DNA of 59,595 bases, taken from positions 1 to 59,595 of the forward strand of contig JBFFBT010000002.1 of assembly GCA_041560255.1 (NCBI GenBank). The letters are read 5' to 3'. The position numbers were made by a program, and so were the translations under genes. This DNA comes from Myxococcota bacterium. Its GTDB lineage: Bacteria; Myxococcota; B64-G9. Below, piece after piece: positions 1-10,244 of the stretch (the first letter of the stretch is position 1; each line of letters begins with the position of its first letter). The notes beneath the pieces are model-generated. The model saw nothing but the letters and a program-made list of their open reading frames with translations, was not told the DNA's origin and made no database searches.

Positions 1-3000
1 GATAGCAGCCTGCAGCAGATGAATGACATTTTGCCGATTGAAAGCATAAAAATCTTCGAACACACAAACTACCCATTAACGCTTGTTGTCCAACCTGGTG
101 AATCTCTTTCCATACGTCTCAGCTATCGGACTGATCTATTTGATGCAGAATCGATTATAAGAATGCTCGGGCATTTGCAGATCGTATTCCAAAGCATTCT
201 GCAAGATCCTGAGGGACTCGTCTCGGATGTACAATGGGTGACAGAGAAGGAGTTGCACCAGATGTTGGTGGAGTGGAATGATACTTTGGTTGAGTATCCC
301 AAGAACAAATGCGTGCATGAGCTGTTCGTAGAACAGGCGGAGAGTACTCCGGATGCTATCGCATTGGTGTTTGAAAATGAGGAGATGAGTTATCGAGAAC
401 TCGATGAGAGATCTAATCAGGTAGGACATTATCTGAAAGGACTTGGAGTAGGCCCCGAGGTGCGAGTGGGGATCTGTGTGGATCGGTCCTTGGAGATGGT
501 GGTGGGGCTTTTGGGAATATTGAAAGCAGGTGGAGCGTATGTACCTATGGACCCAACTTATCCCGAAGAGCGATTGTCATTTATGATCGATGATGCTTGT
601 GTGCCAGTATTATTAAGCCAACAAGTATTTCTAGATAAGTTTGCAAATCAACGGATAAAGAAAGTGTGCTTTGATACAGATCGAAAGGAAATAGCCGAGC
701 AGTCAAGAGTAGCCTTGGACAGTTTGGTGAAAGCGAACAATATTGCTTATGTTATTTATACATCGGGTTCAACCGGAATACCAAAAGGAGTAGAGATTAC
801 ACATCAATCGATTAACAGGCTAATAAGAAACAATGATTATATCTCAGTATTCCAAGATGACGTATTCCTACAGTTTGCTCCGCTTTCTTTTGACGCATCT
901 ACATTTGAACTATGGTCATCCTTGTCCAACGGTTCCCGACTAATCATCCCACCACCGGGACATCTGTCGCTCATTCACCTTGGAAAATTAATAGATCAGC
1001 AGAAGGTCTCAGTTCTCTTTTTGACTACAGCACTCTTTCAACAGATGGTCGAGCATGGACTTAGAGATTTGGCAAAGCTAAGGGTCTTGTTGACAGGAGG
1101 GGATACAGCCAATCCTTTAACGATGGCGCGTTTCTTTGAGGTGGCTGAGAAAGTTGTTCTTATTCATTGTTACGGGCCCACGGAGAACACAACATTCTCT
1201 TCAAGCTATCAAATGAGTTCATTTCCTTCGAGCGAGGAAAGTATGGTCTCGATTGGGCGCCCTATAAAGAATACATACATTTATATACTCGGTGCCGATC
1301 TTACGCCGGTTCCAATAGGAGTATCTGGAGAGTTGTATGTAGGAGGTGCAGGTGTAGCGAGAGGCTATGTGGATCGGCCCGAATTGACAGCCGAAAAATT
1401 TGTACCGGATCCATTCAGTACTGGTCCGGGAGCTCGAATGTATCGGACAGGTGATTCATGCCGATGGCGTCCTGATGGCAATATTGAATTCTTGGGTCGT
1501 AAAGATCATCAGGTTAAAGTGAGAGGATTTCGTATTGAGCTGGGGGAGGTAGAGTCTGCGCTGGGAGTCTTGGAAGAAGTTTCTCAAAGTGTGGTTGTTG
1601 TACATGAAACGGTCGAACGTCATAAACAACTGGTTGCATATGTTGTACCGAATGCAGAGCACAAGCCGAGTATCAGTGATCTTCGACAGAAACTATTGAG
1701 ATCAATCCCAGAATACATGGTGCCGAGTGTATTTGTGGTTCTTGAGGAATTGCCACTGAATTCGAATGGTAAAGTAGAACGCAAACTATTACCGTCTCCG
1801 GATGCACGAAGACCGGAGTTATCCGAGGAGTACGTGGCACCTCAAGCTGAAACTGAAATTATACTAGCAAAAATATGGTCAGACGTTCTTGGTGTTGAAC
1901 AAGTGGGCGTGCACGATAACTTTTTTGATATAGGTGGAGATTCCATTCTTAGCCTTCAGGTGGTTGGCAGAATGCATCTAGCAGGATTGGCTCTAACAAT
2001 GAGAGATCTATTTGAACACCAGACCATCGCGGGACAAGCAAAGATTGTTACCAAGCAACGATCCAGAGATACAATTCCCCAGCAGCCAGAATCTGGAGAG
2101 GCTCCGTTGACACCAATACAACAATGGTTTTTCGAAAAGAAGTTTGTCGATCCTCATCATTGGAACCAGGCGGCACTATTGAGAATGCGTAAGCCCATTG
2201 AGCCTAAACACCTTAAGCAGGCTCTGCAAGCTGTCTATGACCAGCACGACGGTTTGCGCTTGAGGTACCATCATGATGGATTAGGTTGGCGACAAGTGTA
2301 CAGTGTACCTTATGAAGAGGTGTCATTTGTCCATATTGACTTAGGCAATTTGCCGGACAGTATCCAAGATAAAAGATTAAAAAGGCAAGCCGATGAGCTG
2401 CAGGCCAGTCTTTCGCTCATTAACGGACCGTTGCTCCAGGTTGCACTTTTTGATTTGGGTTCTCAGCGTGGCCAACGGTTGCTTGCGATTATTCATCATC
2501 TAGTTGTTGACGGTGTATCATGGAGGATTTTATTAGACGATCTCGATGTAGCCATAAGGCAGATCGAGCGTGGAGATGATATCCAACTAGGTCCCCGCAC
2601 GACGTCATTCAGACAATGGGCAGAGAAGCAGCGGAATGACGTGTTAGGAGGTAGGCTTGACGGAGAGGTGGCATATTGGCTAGAAGCCTGTACTAATGAT
2701 TTGCCAAAATTTCCTATTGATCGCAAAAATGGGTCAAAAAACATAGCCACGGCCAAATCGGTGACAATAGTTTTTAGTGCTGTTGAGACTGAGAAGTTAT
2801 TGCATGCATCTAAGCGTGTTTATTGTGCCAAGCCTGAGGAGTTGATGATAGCAGCATTGGCTAAGACTCTGACAGAATGGACGAGACAAAAACATGTATG
2901 GATAGATCTCGAAGGTCACGGTCGTGAATCAGATGATAACAGCATTGATTTGTCGCGAACAGTTGGTTGGTTTTCCACGATGTACCCAGTGAAATTGAAA

Positions 3001-4347
3001 AATGAATCTACCGAAGGAGTAGCTGCATTAATTAGATCCGTCAAAAAGACGGTTCGTCATGTACCGCGACGTGGGATCGGTTATGGATTGCTTCGCTATT
3101 TACATCCTGATAGCTTACTTCGTGAAGACTTAGCGCGGATTGCTCCAAATATTGTTTTTAACTTTTTGGGTCAATTTGACGCTGTAATAAGAGACAACAA
3201 ACTTTGGACCGTAGCAGAAGAATATTCTGGTCTGCAATACAGTCCCCAAGCCGAGCTCACCCATTTGCTCGAAGTCACAGGAATGGTGGTTGAGAACGAG
3301 TTACGGATGACTTGGACTTTTAGTCGTAATCAGTACAAAGTAAGCACAATACGTAGTTTGGCAAAACGATACAAGCAGGTACTTCAAGATATTCTTCGAG
3401 ATGAAGAAGGAACTTCTGATGTTTCGATATTCGACAAACGATCGTCGCAATTGGAAATTCGATCTTGGTCGGAATCACCAATTGTAACCCTGAACAATGG
3501 AACAAGGACTCCCTTCTTTTGTGTTCACCCAAGTTGGGGTGTTATTGAAGGTCTATTGAATCTTGCGAAAGCCATAGAACCAGACAGACCCTTTGTTGCG
3601 CTACGCGCTCGCGGTCTTGAGGTAGGTGAAAAGCCATTTTATAAGGTTGAAGAAATGGCTCGTTACTATATCGCTGCTATACGACGGGTACAAAATGAAG
3701 GTCCCTACCTGATAGGTGGTTGGTCTTTTGGTGGAGGAGTGGCATTCGAAATAGCGCGGCAGCTTCAATCTGTAGGTGAGAAAGTTGCGATATTGGTTAT
3801 GATGGATTTTAGCTTTTCAAATTGGCATCAGATCAAATCCGTTCCTATTGGTGATGAATATTTTTCACTTGCTAGACTTGTCAATGACTTTGCTGAGCTA
3901 ACAGGTGGAGAATTTGTCAATGTTAATGACTATTCGGAGGATCTTCGCGGGATTGGGATGGATGAAGCTATTAAGTTAGCTGTATGTAGACTTATAAAAA
4001 TGGGCCTAAAAATCCAAGAAGATACTGCGACAGGTATGATTAAGGGTGCTTTGGTTGCTGGCGAAGCGCATGAGCATGCATGCCGTAAATACACTGTGTC
4101 AACTATGCCAGTTTCTTTGGCCCTAATAAAGCCAGAAGAAAGTATTATCATCCATGCTGATCCAAACCATCCTGATCCAACATGTGGATTTTCAGATCTA
4201 GTCAGTAATGTAGAAGTTCATACTGTCCCTGGAGGACATGTCAGCATGATGCGTAAACCTCATGTGATCGAAGTAGGGCGTATACTCAATGACATTCTTG
4301 AGCAAGCCGACCCATCAACAAGCAGTCAGCTTCACAAGGTGCACTAG
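1..4347 (+). CDS. Non-ribosomal peptide synthetase, terminal module, 5'-truncated: (C)-A-T-E-TE
   Basis: The frame is open from nt 1, with no stop before the listed Met at 19. It begins with the tail of a condensation domain. Adenylation cores: YTSGSTGIPKG, YGPTENTT, YRTGD, NGKVERK. PCP motif FFDIGGDSI (Ser codon 1942-1944). Epimerization signatures PLTPIQQWFF and HHLVVDGVSWRIL (HH codons 2494-2499). Thioesterase GGWSFGG. Stop TAG at 4345-4347. Confidence 0.93.
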   Translation, partial: DSSLQQMNDILPIESIKIFEHTNYPLTLVVQPGESLSIRLSYRTDLFDAESIIRMLGHLQIVFQSILQDPEGLVSDVQWVTEKELHQMLVEWNDTLVEYPKNKCVHELFVEQAESTPDAIALVFENEEMSYRELDERSNQVGHYLKGLGVGPEVRVGICVDRSLEMVVGLLGILKAGGAYVPMDPTYPEERLSFMIDDACVPVLLSQQVFLDKFANQRIKKVCFDTDRKEIAEQSRVALDSLVKANNIAYVIYTSGSTGIPKGVEITHQSINRLIRNNDYISVFQDDVFLQFAPLSFDASTFELWSSLSNGSRLIIPPPGHLSLIHLGKLIDQQKVSVLFLTTALFQQMVEHGLRDLAKLRVLLTGGDTANPLTMARFFEVAEKVVLIHCYGPTENTTFSSSYQMSSFPSSEESMVSIGRPIKNTYIYILGADLTPVPIGVSGELYVGGAGVARGYVDRPELTAEKFVPDPFSTGPGARMYRTGDSCRWRPDGNIEFLGRKDHQVKVRGFRIELGEVESALGVLEEVSQSVVVVHETVERHKQLVAYVVPNAEHKPSISDLRQKLLRSIPEYMVPSVFVVLEELPLNSNGKVERKLLPSPDARRPELSEEYVAPQAETEIILAKIWSDVLGVEQVGVHDNFFDIGGDSILSLQVVGRMHLAGLALTMRDLFEHQTIAGQAKIVTKQRSRDTIPQQPESGEAPLTPIQQWFFEKKFVDPHHWNQAALLRMRKPIEPKHLKQALQAVYDQHDGLRLRYHHDGLGWRQVYSVPYEEVSFVHIDLGNLPDSIQDKRLKRQADELQASLSLINGPLLQVALFDLGSQRGQRLLAIIHHLVVDGVSWRILLDDLDVAIRQIERGDDIQLGPRTTSFRQWAEKQRNDVLGGRLDGEVAYWLEACTNDLPKFPIDRKNGSKNIATAKSVTIVFSAVETEKLLHASKRVYCAKPEELMIAALAKTLTEWTRQKHVWIDLEGHGRESDDNSIDLSRTVGWFSTMYPVKLKNESTEGVAALIRSVKKTVRHVPRRGIGYGLLRYLHPDSLLREDLARIAPNIVFNFLGQFDAVIRDNKLWTVAEEYSGLQYSPQAELTHLLEVTGMVVENELRMTWTFSRNQYKVSTIRSLAKRYKQVLQDILRDEEGTSDVSIFDKRSSQLEIRSWSESPIVTLNNGTRTPFFCVHPSWGVIEGLLNLAKAIEPDRPFVALRARGLEVGEKPFYKVEEMARYYIAAIRRVQNEGPYLIGGWSFGGGVAFEIARQLQSVGEKVAILVMMDFSFSNWHQIKSVPIGDEYFSLARLVNDFAELTGGEFVNVNDYSEDLRGIGMDEAIKLAVCRLIKMGLKIQEDTATGMIKGALVAGEAHEHACRKYTVSTMPVSLALIKPEESIIIHADPNHPDPTCGFSDLVSNVEVHTVPGGHVSMMRKPHVIEVGRILNDILEQADPSTSSQLHKVH

Positions 4348-4349
4348 AC

Positions 4350-5717
4350 GTGCCAAACTTTGTCGCAATATTAATTGCCCAAATCGCATCACTGGTCGGT
4401 ACGCAGCTTACCGGCTTTGGACTGGGTGTGTGGGTTTTCCAGCGCACGGGTTCCACAACCTTGTATGGATTCGTCACTGCGGCTGTTTTAATACCTCGAT
4501 TTCTCTTGTCACCCTTGGTTGGAGTCTGGATTGACAGCTGTGATCGGCGCAAGATCCTCATGGGTGTGCATGCTGGTGCCGGTTTGTGTTCTTTTGGCTT
4601 AGTAATATTTTGCATTCTCGGATTGCTCAATGTTTGGATCATTATTGCCTTTAGCGCCCTCGCATCGCTTTGTTACGCAGCAGACCGACCGGTGTTTGCC
4701 GCCATCACGACCGCTCTCATTCCTAAAGCACAATTGGGCCGAGCTAATGGAATGTTTGAGCTTGGTGTGGGTATCTCGATGATTGTGGGTCCTGCATTGG
4801 CTGGTTTTCTTTTTGGACGCTTTGGTCTAGGTGTCATTCTGATTGTGGATATAGCTACGTTTATGCTTGCTATGATCGTGTTGGCTTCCGTACGAATCCC
4901 ATCAGTAGCAATCGAGTCCAGAAAATTCATGACAGGGTCAATCGTTCAAGAAGCACGCTATGCGTGGTGTTATCTTCGCTCTCAAACTGGTTTGGTAGCG
5001 TTATTGATATTGTTTGCAGTGTACAATTTTTTAGCAGGTCTTGCAGTTGTGTTGTTCACTCCATTGGTGCTCGGTTTTGCTGACGTGCAGGAATTAGGCG
5101 GCGTGCTCGCATTCGGTGGACTTGGCATGTTGGCAGGTGGTGGATTGATTGCGATCTGGGGAGGTCCGAAAAGACCCATGGAAGGTGTGTTTGGATTTAT
5201 GCTAGTTAGTGGTTTGGTATTGTTGCTGGGTGCTTACCAACCATCATTGAAGTTGGTTAGTATTGCAGCTTTTCTTTTCTTGTTTGCAACCCCAGTGGTG
5301 GCGAGTTGTAACCAAACGATTTGGCAACGTACCGTGATGCCCGATCTGCAGGGCCGCGTGTTTGGGCTAAAGGAGGCGTTGTCCACCTTGCCATTGCCGA
5401 TCGCTTATTTGGCAGCTGGACCCTTGGTTGATTGGGTGTTCGAACCGATGATGGCCAGTGACGGATTGTTACGTGATAGCTTGGGCATAGTGATTGGAGT
5501 CGGTCTTGGACGTGGAGTGGCATTAGTTTTTTGTCTGGCCGGAACACTCATGATCATTATGGTATTGTTTGCATACCTGTTTCTGTTAAGGCATCTGCGT
5601 AACGAACAATCTGTTGAACATGTCGAGTTTCCAAATATAGCGTTGTGGACAGTGGGGAATGCCGGAAAGAAACCGGTTAAAGATATGAATCAAGCACATT
5701 CCATGAAGGAGAGCTAA
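4350..5717 (+). CDS. MFS transporter (probable product exporter)
   Basis: 455 aa and almost entirely hydrophobic, with about 12 predicted helices. The N-terminus (AILIAQIASLVGTQLTGFGLGVWV) is typical of the enterobactin/macrolide-exporter-like MFS branch. GTG start lies 3 nt after the NRPS stop. Confidence 0.85.
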   Translation: MPNFVAILIAQIASLVGTQLTGFGLGVWVFQRTGSTTLYGFVTAAVLIPRFLLSPLVGVWIDSCDRRKILMGVHAGAGLCSFGLVIFCILGLLNVWIIIAFSALASLCYAADRPVFAAITTALIPKAQLGRANGMFELGVGISMIVGPALAGFLFGRFGLGVILIVDIATFMLAMIVLASVRIPSVAIESRKFMTGSIVQEARYAWCYLRSQTGLVALLILFAVYNFLAGLAVVLFTPLVLGFADVQELGGVLAFGGLGMLAGGGLIAIWGGPKRPMEGVFGFMLVSGLVLLLGAYQPSLKLVSIAAFLFLFATPVVASCNQTIWQRTVMPDLQGRVFGLKEALSTLPLPIAYLAAGPLVDWVFEPMMASDGLLRDSLGIVIGVGLGRGVALVFCLAGTLMIIMVLFAYLFLLRHLRNEQSVEHVEFPNIALWTVGNAGKKPVKDMNQAHSMKES

Positions 5718-5790
5718 CAATGGATTCATTCATTATGTATACAAAATAGAAAATAAATGCCATGCAATGTAATTTGCTCAAGCATATTGA

Positions 5791-6678
5791 GTGTATTGGA
5801 GGGAAACCTTGTCTCAGGATATCAAAACTAATCAATTGGTTGGTGTTGTTGGTGTTGGTAACATTGGTACAACTGTATGTGCCGATCTTTTGTTCTGGGG
5901 ATATGGAGTGATAGGTGTAGACATGAATGACAGTCAGCTTGAGCTTGCACGCACAGCAATTGGGCGTGCGATTCGATTTGCTCCGGCATTGCGGCCCCAA
6001 CTTCCAAGCATTGGTCTTGACGAAGCGTTTAGTCGTTTGGAGATGACCACGGATCTCGAAGCCGTAAGCGGTTGTGACTTTATTGTTGAAAATGTTCCTG
6101 AGAAGTGGGAAGCAAAACAAAAAGTCTACCAACGTCTAGATTGTATTTCGACCGGCATTTTGGCCGCCAACACCTCCTGTATCTCGATCACCAGGCTAGG
6201 GGCTTTACTTGCCGATCCTTGTCGTGTTGTTGGGCTGCATTTTATGAACCCGGCCTATCTTAGCGAAGCAGTCGAGGTGGTTATTGGCCGGCATACCTCT
6301 CAGAATACGTTGAAACGTTGTAAAGATCTGGTGAGATCCCTAGGAAAAGAAGCCGTAGTCGTAGAGGATCTTCCAGGCTTTGCATCCAACCGGGTCTCAC
6401 ATCTGTTTATGAACGAAGCAGCCTGGATTGTGCATGATGGAGTTGCCACACCGGAGGCGGTTGATCGACTTTTTTGTAAAGGATTTGGCCACCGCATGGG
6501 TCCGCTGGCAACAGCGGATCTAATCGGTCTTGACACAATCGTCAATACCCTCGATATGCTGGCGGAATCCTATGGTGATCCAAAATTCCGATGTTGCCCA
6601 CTATTACGTAAGATGGTCGATGCTGGTGATTTGGGTCGCAAATCCTGTAAGGGTTTTTTTGAATATCCATCTTCGTAA
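5791..6678 (+). CDS. 3-hydroxyacyl-CoA dehydrogenase family protein (ZmaG/FkbK-like)
   Basis: N-terminal Rossmann motif VGVVGVGNIGTT and a C-terminal 3HCDH-type helical domain (GFASNRV, GPLATADLIGLD). The real start may be TTG 5809, which sits 5 nt after GGAGGG at 5798-5803. Confidence 0.85.
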   Translation: MYWRETLSQDIKTNQLVGVVGVGNIGTTVCADLLFWGYGVIGVDMNDSQLELARTAIGRAIRFAPALRPQLPSIGLDEAFSRLEMTTDLEAVSGCDFIVENVPEKWEAKQKVYQRLDCISTGILAANTSCISITRLGALLADPCRVVGLHFMNPAYLSEAVEVVIGRHTSQNTLKRCKDLVRSLGKEAVVVEDLPGFASNRVSHLFMNEAAWIVHDGVATPEAVDRLFCKGFGHRMGPLATADLIGLDTIVNTLDMLAESYGDPKFRCCPLLRKMVDAGDLGRKSCKGFFEYPSS

Positions 6679-6698
6679 GGCCACAAGGAGGAATACAT

Positions 6699-6995
6699 AT
6701 GTCACAGAATATTGAAAAGATTGTATCAGATTTCTTGAAACAGCGCACGGCGGTTACTCGGATCGATCGAACCAAGCACCTTTTCGAGTCTGGTATCGTG
6801 AATTCTTTGTTTTTACTTGAGCTTCTTTCTTTTCTAGAATCGCGTTTTCATATCGAGGTATCCATGGCCGATCTGGATTTGGAAAGATTTTCAACCATTG
6901 AACGGATCGTATATTTTGTTGTCGAGAAACAGCAAAAAGCAAATGAAACAACTGAAGAGCACACAAACCAAAGGCAGCAGACATGCATACAATAG
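6699..6995 (+). CDS. Stand-alone acyl carrier protein
   Basis: 98 aa. Helix-II motif ESGIVNSLFLLELLSFLE (Ser in an N-S-L context). Strong SD AAGGAGG at 6683-6689. It lies between two dehydrogenases and upstream of a free A domain. Confidence 0.8.
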   Translation: MSQNIEKIVSDFLKQRTAVTRIDRTKHLFESGIVNSLFLLELLSFLESRFHIEVSMADLDLERFSTIERIVYFVVEKQQKANETTEEHTNQRQQTCIQ

Positions 6996-8092
6996 CCAAA
7001 GAGCTTGAGCAGCGATTTTTTACCGTTGCGACTGAATGGGATAGAGCTCAGCAGTTGCCGGAAGACGCTCTTCAATGGTGTGCAGAAAAAGGTCTCTTTG
7101 GAGCTTGTTTGCCTGAGAGTTATGCTGGCATAGAGTGCAACAACGAACAGCTGCAGGTGTTGTTTGAAAGCCTTGGAGTCGTTGGCGGATCTCTCGGTTC
7201 TGTGATCAATGTGCAGCATATGGTAATTCGGGCACTAATGTGTGGTGCTAGTGAGGATCAAAAGATCGGGCTCTTACCTGCATTGGCGCAAGGCCGCGAA
7301 ATCGCATCTTTTTGTTTGACAGAGCCCGATGTCGGTAGTGACATTGGTCAAATAAAGGCAGTCTGTGAATCGACACAATCCGGATTGAGACTACGCGGTA
7401 CCAAGCGCTGGATCACCACAGGGGAACGCGCTACTGTCTATTTGGTATTTGCAAAAAGACAAAATGATACTGCAGTAGCCTTGCTGGTTCCACGCAATAA
7501 TCCGGGTGTAGAAGTAACTCCCATTCGAGATTTACTGGGTTTGAGATCGGCGCATTTGGCGCAGATCGATTTTAATTGTGAACTTCCTGAATCAGCAATG
7601 GTCGGAAAACCTGGATTTGCCCTTAATTATGTCGCCGCTCAGGGCCTGTTGTATGGTCGGATGAACGTGACTTGGATGGCCTGTGGTATGTTAAGATCAA
7701 CCCTCGAGGGGTTGGCTCAACGGGTAGTGAACAGAGAGTTGTTTGGAACTCGGCTTCTCGATAAGGGACAGATCAGATCGACTTTGACCCAAATGGGAGT
7801 GGACCTGGCGGCAGGCCGTGCACTTGCCTTTCAAGCCGCAGAGGCGATAAAGAACAAAGATGTGGCCATGAGTGACCGAGTCATCACGGCCAAGTATTTC
7901 TGTACACGCGCCGCGGCCAAACACGCGGCAACAGCGGTGCGTATGTGCGGTGCGGTTGGCTGTCATGAACCCAACGGCTTAGCCAGGTACTATCGCGATG
8001 CCAAGATATTTGAAGTCGTGGAAGGTGCCAACGAGGTGATTGAAATGCTTCTTGGTGCAGCATTTGCTCGGGAGTACACTGATGTTGCATGA
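6983..8092 (+). CDS. Acyl-CoA dehydrogenase family protein (ZmaI/FkbI-like, probable acyl-ACP dehydrogenase)
   Basis: ACAD motifs CLTEPDVGSDIG and KIFEVVEGANEV (catalytic Glu context). It overlaps the ACP gene by 13 nt. Confidence 0.88.
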   Translation: MHTIAKELEQRFFTVATEWDRAQQLPEDALQWCAEKGLFGACLPESYAGIECNNEQLQVLFESLGVVGGSLGSVINVQHMVIRALMCGASEDQKIGLLPALAQGREIASFCLTEPDVGSDIGQIKAVCESTQSGLRLRGTKRWITTGERATVYLVFAKRQNDTAVALLVPRNNPGVEVTPIRDLLGLRSAHLAQIDFNCELPESAMVGKPGFALNYVAAQGLLYGRMNVTWMACGMLRSTLEGLAQRVVNRELFGTRLLDKGQIRSTLTQMGVDLAAGRALAFQAAEAIKNKDVAMSDRVITAKYFCTRAAAKHAATAVRMCGAVGCHEPNGLARYYRDAKIFEVVEGANEVIEMLLGAAFAREYTDVA

Positions 8093-10208
8093 GAAGCAGA
8101 TCTGCATTCAATATATTGATCTACTTGATGTTGCAAAACAAAGAGATGTGGATGTTGATTTGCTTATTGCTGTACTTTGGGGTCTGGTTATTTATTTTCG
8201 CACTGGTGACACAGAACCTCGATTAGAGCTTTGCAGATCGAGCCACTGTGTGGTTGAAACCATCACGGTTCATGTTGTCGAGGATGCCAGCATCTGGCAA
8301 CTGGTTCGAAATCTTTCCATGACAAATGCAGTAGAGGGAATAAAACATCGATTGGTGTTTGGTAAGTGTAACTTTGATGAACCGCATAGGCACGTAGAGG
8401 TGATGGTAAACAACGCTTCCAATTGTGCAAGCGAGTTGATTTGCCGTTGGAACGATGATTTCATGGATCCATTCGAGGGTCATGCCCTGTGTAGCATATA
8501 TTCGCGACTATGTGCTTGGTTTTCCAAAAATCTAGATGATACCATTGCATCCATCGAGCTACTGAATTCTGAGGAAGCAAGAAAAGCCATGGTATGTGGG
8601 CCAAAGGTCGAATTTGACAGATTGGCGACTCTTCATAGTCAGATGTATGCATCAGCCGAGGCTCACCCAAACCGTATAGCTATTCGAACAGCTGAAAGCA
8701 CTATGACCTATGCTGAGTTGTCGGCCCGGACTCGAGTGGTCGCTCAGCAACTCAGGGTTGCTGGAGTTCGACGTGGCGATCGGATCGGCATTATTGCTCA
8801 GCGCAGCTTATATATGCCGATCGGTTTGTTTGGTATTTTAGCGGCTGGTGCAGCATATGTGCCGCTAGACCTTAAATGCCCTACAGCGCGGCTGCATGAC
8901 ATGATACGCATTGCACGCGTATCCATGATCCTTAGTAGCGGATCAATCCCAGAGCTCGATACAGCAATAACGGATTTGAGTGAATTGCTTCCAAACACGG
9001 GACTTAAACTTGTCAAAGTTGGATCAAGTTGCAAACCAATGAAATCAGCGACACAGTTGTTGGGTGACGAGGTGATGGGGAATTGGATTAACGAAAGCAA
9101 ATCTGAAGACTTGTGCTACATCATTTTTACCTCAGGCAGCACAGGGGTTCCCAAGGGAGTCATGGTATCCCACCGCTCGGTGAATAACCGACTACATTGG
9201 ATGCAAGGGCGTTATCCCATTACTCCAGAGGAGATTGTCTTGCAGAAAACACCGGCGGTATTTGACGTCTCTGTATGGGAGCTTTTTTGGTGGTCACAGG
9301 TTGGTGCTTCCGTTTACTTGATCCCACCAGGACACGAAAGGTTTCCGCTGGCCATTATCGAGGCAATTGCAAAATCTAGGGCAACGGTAGCTCATTTTAT
9401 CCCCTCGGTCATTGATCCATTCTTGATATACCTCGAGCGACATGGTGGACAACAACGAATTCTCAGTCTACGCCGTGTTTTCTGCAGTGGCGAAGCACTG
9501 TCTTGCGCAACCGTGAGTCGATTTTGGCGTATTTTCGGGGTCGATAGGATTGGATTAACCAACCTCTATGGTCCTACCGAGGCTACTGTGGATGTAACCT
9601 ACTATGATTGCATGCCCCAGGAAAGACCACAATCACGCATACCCATTGGTTTGCCGATTCAAAATACTCGACTACATGTTCTGCGGCATGGATACCCGGT
9701 GCCAGTTGGGGCAACAGGCACATTGTTTGTTGCAGGCGAATGCTTAGCCCGTGGTTATGCCAATGCTCCTGAACAGACCAAGGCGGCTTTTGTTCCAGAA
9801 ATTTACGGTAAAGAGGTGATGTATAATACAGGTGATCAAGTCCGGTGGAATGATGAAGGTCAACTTGAGTTCCTTGGTCGTTGCGATGGGCAAATAAAGA
9901 TCTCGGGTATGCGGGTCGAGCCAGAGGAGATAGAGCAGATTGGACGCGAACATCCTATTGTGGAAGATTGTGCCATTGCGATATCAGGTTATGGCTCCAA
10001 CTTAGTAAGACTCACTGCCATTGTGGTTGCAAAAGAGCAAATTGCAGGTATGCAATTGCGGGATCACTTTGCCTCCCGATTACCACCACACATGGTACCG
10101 ATAGAATGCCGATTGGCCAAGACGCTGCCACGAACCTTGTCTGGAAAAATTGATCGTCTCCACCTTGCCGATCCCACGTACCTGGAAGACCATACAACAC
10201 AAATGTGA
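8082..10208 (+). CDS. Stand-alone adenylation-domain protein with a truncated condensation-like N-terminus and no carrier domain
   Basis: A-domain cores: FTSGSTGVPKG, FDVSVWE, NLYGPTEATVDVT, YNTGDQVRW, SGKIDR. The first roughly 190 aa look like the C-terminal half of a C domain. ATG 8082 is preferred over the track's TTG 8040 and gives an 11-nt overlap with the upstream stop. Confidence 0.88.
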   Translation: MLHEKQICIQYIDLLDVAKQRDVDVDLLIAVLWGLVIYFRTGDTEPRLELCRSSHCVVETITVHVVEDASIWQLVRNLSMTNAVEGIKHRLVFGKCNFDEPHRHVEVMVNNASNCASELICRWNDDFMDPFEGHALCSIYSRLCAWFSKNLDDTIASIELLNSEEARKAMVCGPKVEFDRLATLHSQMYASAEAHPNRIAIRTAESTMTYAELSARTRVVAQQLRVAGVRRGDRIGIIAQRSLYMPIGLFGILAAGAAYVPLDLKCPTARLHDMIRIARVSMILSSGSIPELDTAITDLSELLPNTGLKLVKVGSSCKPMKSATQLLGDEVMGNWINESKSEDLCYIIFTSGSTGVPKGVMVSHRSVNNRLHWMQGRYPITPEEIVLQKTPAVFDVSVWELFWWSQVGASVYLIPPGHERFPLAIIEAIAKSRATVAHFIPSVIDPFLIYLERHGGQQRILSLRRVFCSGEALSCATVSRFWRIFGVDRIGLTNLYGPTEATVDVTYYDCMPQERPQSRIPIGLPIQNTRLHVLRHGYPVPVGATGTLFVAGECLARGYANAPEQTKAAFVPEIYGKEVMYNTGDQVRWNDEGQLEFLGRCDGQIKISGMRVEPEEIEQIGREHPIVEDCAIAISGYGSNLVRLTAIVVAKEQIAGMQLRDHFASRLPPHMVPIECRLAKTLPRTLSGKIDRLHLADPTYLEDHTTQM

Positions 10209-10244
10209 TGGCTATGGAGTGCTTCACAAAGAGGGGATCCAAAC

